From: an uncultured delta proteobacterium
Lineage (GTDB): Bacteria > Desulfobacterota > WTBG01
Reading direction: 5' to 3'
DNA: 64,000 nt
Assembly (NCBI GenBank): GCA_963793865.1
Contig: CAWCBP010000001.1
Location: 1,120,001 to 1,184,000 of the forward strand
Shown here one piece after another: positions 59,209-64,000 of this stretch. Each line of letters begins with the position of its first letter. Position 1 is the stretch's first letter. The notes below the pieces were generated by a model, which did no database searches, was not told the DNA's origin, and worked only from the letters and a program-made list of their open reading frames with translations. The position numbers and the translations under genes are program-made.

Positions 59209-61428
59209 TTACCGCTCCTCCGGTTTGAAATAAACCGCTGAAAGCGGTGGGAGGGTTATGGTGATGGAGTGGGAATAAATAGAAAAAGGAACGTCCTCAG
59301 CTTTTACGCCGCCGCCGTTACCGAGGTTGCTTCCACCGTAATACATGGAGTCGCTGTTTATGATCTCCCGGTAATAGGAATCAGCGGGAACGCCGATACG
59401 ATAGCCCAACCTGGGCACCGGCGTAAAGTTAAACACGCAGATGAGGTGGTTGCGCCGGTCCTTGCCATAGCGGACAAATGACACGATGCTCTTTTCCCAG
59501 TCATGGAAATCGATCCACTCAAACCCTTGGTGATGATGATCAATCTCAAAAAGGGCCCCTTCCTCGCGGTAGATTTTTTGAACATCCCGGACATACAACT
59601 GTACGCCGCGGTTGAGGCCGTCCCGCTCCACCAGGTGCCAGTCCAGGCTCCGGGCATGGTCCCACTCCTTCCACTGCCCGAATTCGCCTCCCATAAAGAG
59701 CAGCTTCTTGCCCGGCTGGGCAAACATGTAGCCGTAAAGCGCCCGCAGGTTGGCGAACTGCTGCCACTCATCGCCCGGCATCCTGTTCAGCAACGATCGC
59801 TTGCCGTGCACCACTTCATCATGCGAAAGGGAAAGCACAAAATTCTCGTTAAAGGCATAGAGCAGGGCAAAGGTGAGCAGGTCGTGCTTGTACTTCCTGA
59901 AGACCGGATCCGAAGAGAAGTACTCCAGCATGTCGTGCATCCAGCCCATGTTCCACTTGAAATCGAATCCCAGCCCTCCCAGATAGGTTGGCCGTGAGAC
60001 GCCGAACCAGGCGGTTGACTCCTCGGCGATCATCAAAGTACCCGGATACTGGGCGTGGGTCAGCACATTCAATTCCTTCAGGAAATCTATCGCCTCCAGG
60101 TTCTCCCTTCCCCCGTACCGGTTGGGAATCCACTCCCCTTCCTTCCTGCTGTAATCCAGATAGAGCATGGAGGCAACCGCATCCACCCTGATTCCGTCCA
60201 CGTGGTATTGCTCCAGCCAGAAAAGGGCGTTGGAAATGAGGTAGCTTCTGACCTCGTGGCGGCTGTAATTAAAGACCAGCGTTCCCCACTCCTTGTGCTC
60301 CCCCTGCCGCGCATCAGCATGCTCGTAAAGGCAGGTGCCGTCAAAACGGGCCAGACTGAAATCGTCCTTGGGGAAATGGGACGGAACCCAGTCAATGATA
60401 ACCCCGATGCCGTTCTGGTGCAGGTGATCAACAAAGAACATGAAATCATCGGGTGTCCCAAAGCGGCTGGTGGGGGCAAAATATCCCGACACCTGGTAGC
60501 CCCATGACTCATCAAGGGGATGTTCGCTTACGGGCAGCAGCTCGATGTGAGTAAATCCCATTTCCTTCACGTACGCCGCCAGCTTTACTGCCAGCTCCCG
60601 GTAGTTTAGCCAGCGGTTGCCCTCCTCGGGGACGCGTGCCCAGGAACCCAGGTGGACCTCATAAATGGACAGGGGCTCTGAAAACGGATGAGCGCACAAT
60701 CGCTTTTGCATCCATTCCCGGTCATTCCAGCTATAACGGTCAATATCCCAGCTGACGGAGGCGGTTTTCGGCCGCAGCTCCTTGGCAAACGCATAGGGAT
60801 CGGTTTTATCAACCCGCCTGCCGTCGGGGCCAAGCACGGAGTACTTGTACAGCGCCCCCGGCCTGATGCCCGGAATGAAAATCTCCCAGATTCCCGAGCT
60901 GCCCATATTCCTCATGGGATGTACTCGATAATCCCACCCGTTAAAATCAGCCAGCACGCTCACCTGCCTGGCATTAGGAGCCCATACCGCGAAAGAGAAG
61001 CCTTCAATCTCATCGTATCGTTTAGGGTGCGCACCCAGCACGCGGTACGCCTGGCGGTACTCTTCGCCCTGCAGACCGCCGAGATGAAAGTCACCAATGG
61101 TCGGTAAAAACCGGTATGGATCTTCCCCCCGCGCAACATGCTGATCCCTGACAACCTCAATGGTGTAGGGAAAGAAATCAGTTTGACCGCTCACCATGAC
61201 CTCATACAAACCATCACCATGAATCCTGGTCATGGGCAATGCCGGTGCGTCATCACCACCGGCAACCAGCAACGCACGCTCAGAGCCCGGCAAAAACGCA
61301 CGAACGACAATGCCTTCGCTGTCATTGGCGCCTGTTCGGTGATTCCCCAGGTAGGCATGGGGACACGGATGCTCACCTTTTATTATTTGCTCAATGTGCC
61401 GCCGGTCATGTTCAGGCCTATTCTTCAT
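59209..61428 (-). CDS. glgB: 1,4-alpha-glucan branching enzyme
   Basis: [51 protein letters not shown]; start ATG 61428. Confidence 0.97.
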   Translation of the reverse strand: MKNRPEHDRRHIEQIIKGEHPCPHAYLGNHRTGANDSEGIVVRAFLPGSERALLVAGGDDAPALPMTRIHGDGLYEVMVSGQTDFFPYTIEVVRDQHVARGEDPYRFLPTIGDFHLGGLQGEEYRQAYRVLGAHPKRYDEIEGFSFAVWAPNARQVSVLADFNGWDYRVHPMRNMGSSGIWEIFIPGIRPGALYKYSVLGPDGRRVDKTDPYAFAKELRPKTASVSWDIDRYSWNDREWMQKRLCAHPFSEPLSIYEVHLGSWARVPEEGNRWLNYRELAVKLAAYVKEMGFTHIELLPVSEHPLDESWGYQVSGYFAPTSRFGTPDDFMFFVDHLHQNGIGVIIDWVPSHFPKDDFSLARFDGTCLYEHADARQGEHKEWGTLVFNYSRHEVRSYLISNALFWLEQYHVDGIRVDAVASMLYLDYSRKEGEWIPNRYGGRENLEAIDFLKELNVLTHAQYPGTLMIAEESTAWFGVSRPTYLGGLGFDFKWNMGWMHDMLEYFSSDPVFRKYKHDLLTFALLYAFNENFVLSLSHDEVVHGKRSLLNRMPGDEWQQFANLRALYGYMFAQPGKKLLFMGGEFGQWKEWDHARSLDWHLVERDGLNRGVQLYVRDVQKIYREEGALFEIDHHHQGFEWIDFHDWEKSIVSFVRYGKDRRNHLICVFNFTPVPRLGYRIGVPADSYYREIINSDSMYYGGSNLGNGGGVKAEDVPFSIYSHSITITLPPLSAVYFKPEER

Positions 61429-62239
61429 CAGCACCTTCCTCTGCCGCTTCATCGGCCTCTCCTTCTCCCGGCGCGGCTTCCTCTTCCGCGGGGATTTCTT
61501 CTTCCACCGCCTCTTCATCATCGGCAGCGGCACCTTCACCGGTCACTTCTTCGTCCGCACCTGCATCCCCCTCCGTCGCGGCGGCACCTTCTTCTGCCGA
61601 TCTGGTTACATCGATGCCGGACTCCTCTGTCGCTTGACCTGATTTTTCATCAACTACCGCAGGCGCGGCGGCATCACCGGCGGTGTCGGCTTCAGCCGCA
61701 GGCTGTTTTTTGTCGTCCTCAGCCGGAGCGGCTCCTTCCTGAGCATCAGCTCCGCCAGCCCTTTCAGTACCCGGCACACTTTCCCGGCTCTCCGACCCCG
61801 CTTCCGGACCAAGCGGCGTCGTTACATCTTCGATGGGAGTGGTTGCCGGCCTGACAGGAGCCGCACTTTTTTCTGCCGCGGTTATGTTTGGAGCAACCGG
61901 GGTGGTCGTGTTAACGGCTTTTCTGCCTGCGGAAACAGGCATCCCCCGGGATGCGGATCCCGGTACCGCGGTTTCAGCCGGAGACTGCTGCATGCCGCCT
62001 GATACCGGCGGGACGGCAGCTTCCTGTCTCATCGGGCGCAAAGCCTTCTCAGCCTGCTGCGTCCCCGGTGTCGCCTGACGGAGAGAACCAGCGCCCCTTG
62101 AAGTTCGTTCCTCTGCCTGCTTATCCCCCACAAACTGTGCCTTGATGAGTTCAATCTCCTGCTCTATGTACCGTGCGGTCAACGTGACAACAGCCAGGAG
62201 AGAGCAGATGGCAATCAGTATGATGGTTCTTTTATTCAT
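61418..62239 (-). CDS. Hypothetical membrane-anchored low-complexity protein with acidic tail
   Basis: N-terminal hydrophobic anchor, Ala/Pro/Thr-rich middle, Glu/Ala-rich C-terminus; overlaps the glgB start. Confidence 0.7.
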   Translation of the reverse strand: MNKRTIILIAICSLLAVVTLTARYIEQEIELIKAQFVGDKQAEERTSRGAGSLRQATPGTQQAEKALRPMRQEAAVPPVSGGMQQSPAETAVPGSASRGMPVSAGRKAVNTTTPVAPNITAAEKSAAPVRPATTPIEDVTTPLGPEAGSESRESVPGTERAGGADAQEGAAPAEDDKKQPAAEADTAGDAAAPAVVDEKSGQATEESGIDVTRSAEEGAAATEGDAGADEEVTGEGAAADDEEAVEEEIPAEEEAAPGEGEADEAAEEGADEE

Positions 62240-62470
62240 TACCCCGCCTTTAATTGCTCGTATGCCTGGGGTTGAAGTCCGTCAAATCCGCAAATCCTTA
62301 AGCATGCCCAACCCGCTTTTGCCATTATAACAGGCCCCCCTTTAAAAGGAAAGCTCATTTTTCCCGGATGTTGAAGGGGCCGGCGCATGATGATTAATAT
62401 CAGTAAAATGTAATGATGGCAGCATAAAAAGTCCCGGCAAACCCCGGTCACTGCCGGTTCATGAATTATC

Positions 62471-62499
62471 TTGACAGGCAGCACCTGTCCCACTAATAT
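62471..62499 (+). promoter_or_regulatory. Putative sigma70 promoter of gmhA
   Basis: TTGACA-17nt-TAATAT. Confidence 0.55.
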
Positions 62500-62534
62500 G
62501 GTGCCGCAACTGTTTGATACTCAATGGAAAGCAT

Positions 62535-63113
62535 ATGCAGGACATCATCATAGGAAAATTCAAGCAAAGCGCGGCTCTGCAAACAGCGTTTGCATCAAAA
62601 AACTGGTCTAAAATCGAGGTGGTCGTACATCTCTGTGCTCAAATCCTGAAATGCGGCAATAAGATTATGCTTTTTGGCAACGGGGGAAGCGCGGCAGACG
62701 CCCAGCACATTGCGGCGGAATTCGTCAACCGCCTGCGCAAAACTCGCATGAACAGGCCCCCGCTTGCCGCGCTGGCGCTGACCACGGACAGCTCTGTTCT
62801 GACCAGCATCAGCAATGACAGTGATTTTTCCAACGTCTTTTCACGCCAGATCGAGGCCCTTGGCAAAAAGGGCGACCTCGCCTGGGGAATCAGCACCAGC
62901 GGCAATTCCCCTAATCTTATCAAGGCGTTCAAAATCGCCCGTGATATGGGTATTACCACCGTCGGTTTTACGGGTGGCGGAGGGGGCTTGATGGGTACTC
63001 TGGCGGATCACCATTTCACGGTTGAATCCTCCGACACAACCCGCATACAGGAGGTTCAAATCACCCTGGCCCACATCATCTGTGAACTCATCGAAGCAGA
63101 ACTCTGCACCTAA
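62535..63113 (+). CDS. gmhA: D-sedoheptulose 7-phosphate isomerase
   Basis: GNGGSAADAQHIAAE, ISND, STSGNS, RIQE. Confidence 0.95.
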   Translation: MQDIIIGKFKQSAALQTAFASKNWSKIEVVVHLCAQILKCGNKIMLFGNGGSAADAQHIAAEFVNRLRKTRMNRPPLAALALTTDSSVLTSISNDSDFSNVFSRQIEALGKKGDLAWGISTSGNSPNLIKAFKIARDMGITTVGFTGGGGGLMGTLADHHFTVESSDTTRIQEVQITLAHIICELIEAELCT

Positions 63114-63123
63114 ACGGCTGCGT

Positions 63124-64000
63124 ATGCGAAGGAAGACGTCGCACCTCGACCCTGTGGGGATAAAAACCGTCCCGCTCCAAAAAAGACGGAGCAAGGTCAG
63201 CGTCAGGGATTGTTCCATACCCTACCGCAGGGGCAGCACATTCAAAGTCTTCCTCGACACCCTGCCGAACACGCTCGCAGCCCGTGACCTCAATAGCATC
63301 GCCGGAATAATAGCCGGGGCCCATCGCGCTAAAAGGCAGATCATCTTCGGGATGGGCGCCCATGTCATCAAAGTCGGATTAAGTCCCCTGATTATCGACC
63401 TTATGCAGCGCGGGCTGCTTTCCTGCGTTGCCCTGAACGGGGCCGGCGCCATTCATGATGTGGAGATGGCCCTGGCCGGTAAAACGTCCGAGGACGTCGC
63501 GGCAGGGCTTGCCGGCGGGACATTCGGCATGGCAGCCGATGCCGCGGTATTCATCAACCGCGCGGTTGCAGAGGGACAGCAGGGAAACAAGGGGATGGGC
63601 AGGGCCGTGGGAGAAGCGCTGCTTCACCGGAGGGCCCCCCATGCGCAGATGAGCATCCTCGCCGCGGCAGCACGCCTGGGCATACCCTGCACGGTCCATG
63701 TGAGCATCGGATCGGACACGATTCACATGCATCCGACATTTGACGGAGCGGCAACCGGCAGGGCAAGCCATAATGACTTCCTTACCTTTGCCGACCGGGT
63801 GTCGCGCCTTTCGGGAGGGGTATTCGTCAACATAGGTTCGGCGGTGGTGCTTCCCGAGGTTTTCCTGAAAGCGTTCAGCCTTGCTGCCAACCTGGGAAAA
63901 GCACCGCGAAAGCTCACCACGGTCAACATGGATTTCATCCGCCACTACCGGCCTTCGGTTAACGTGGTGGAGCGGCCCACCCTGCATGAGGGAAAGGGAT
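63124..64000 (+). CDS. Conserved protein with deoxyhypusine-synthase-like fold (GSU2086-like); 3' truncated by the window edge
   Basis: Open frame from ATG 63124 with MGAHVIKVGL, NGAGAIHD.E, TSEDV, G.FGMA and IGSAVVLPEVFLKA. Confidence 0.7.
   Translation, partial: MRRKTSHLDPVGIKTVPLQKRRSKVSVRDCSIPYRRGSTFKVFLDTLPNTLAARDLNSIAGIIAGAHRAKRQIIFGMGAHVIKVGLSPLIIDLMQRGLLSCVALNGAGAIHDVEMALAGKTSEDVAAGLAGGTFGMAADAAVFINRAVAEGQQGNKGMGRAVGEALLHRRAPHAQMSILAAAARLGIPCTVHVSIGSDTIHMHPTFDGAATGRASHNDFLTFADRVSRLSGGVFVNIGSAVVLPEVFLKAFSLAANLGKAPRKLTTVNMDFIRHYRPSVNVVERPTLHEGKG

Overview
About 64 kb of a GC-rich bacterial chromosome. Gene content suggests an anaerobic Desulfobacterota/deltaproteobacterium (inference only). 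The left half is mostly housekeeping: phoH-7TM/HD-ybeY, mazG, mce-meaB-B12 domain, tmk-holB-PSP1-metG-pgsA, mutM, def, map, M18 aminopeptidase, yebC-ruvCAB, comEA, rlmN, mobA, macro domain, GspC-like, Smr and citrate synthase. It also holds two PAS histidine kinases, a REP-associated tyrosine transposase with a REP array, and several MITE-like repeats. The right half has mrfAB-like repair genes, transporters, tRNA-Glu, glgB and gmhA. The most unusual feature is a set of four secreted Cys-rich proteins sharing two kinds of dockerin-like (paired EF-hand) modules. An M1 aminopeptidase and an M14 carboxypeptidase both end in module A. A 640-aa non-catalytic protein with cohesin-like domains ends in module B and sits behind a c-di-GMP-I riboswitch. 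A small protein consists only of signal peptide + module A + module B. Together they may form a cellulosome-like extracellular peptidase assembly; this is a hypothesis, not a demonstrated system. A few single-base frameshifts suggest residual assembly indel errors. All family calls come from recognising motifs by eye; no database searches were run.
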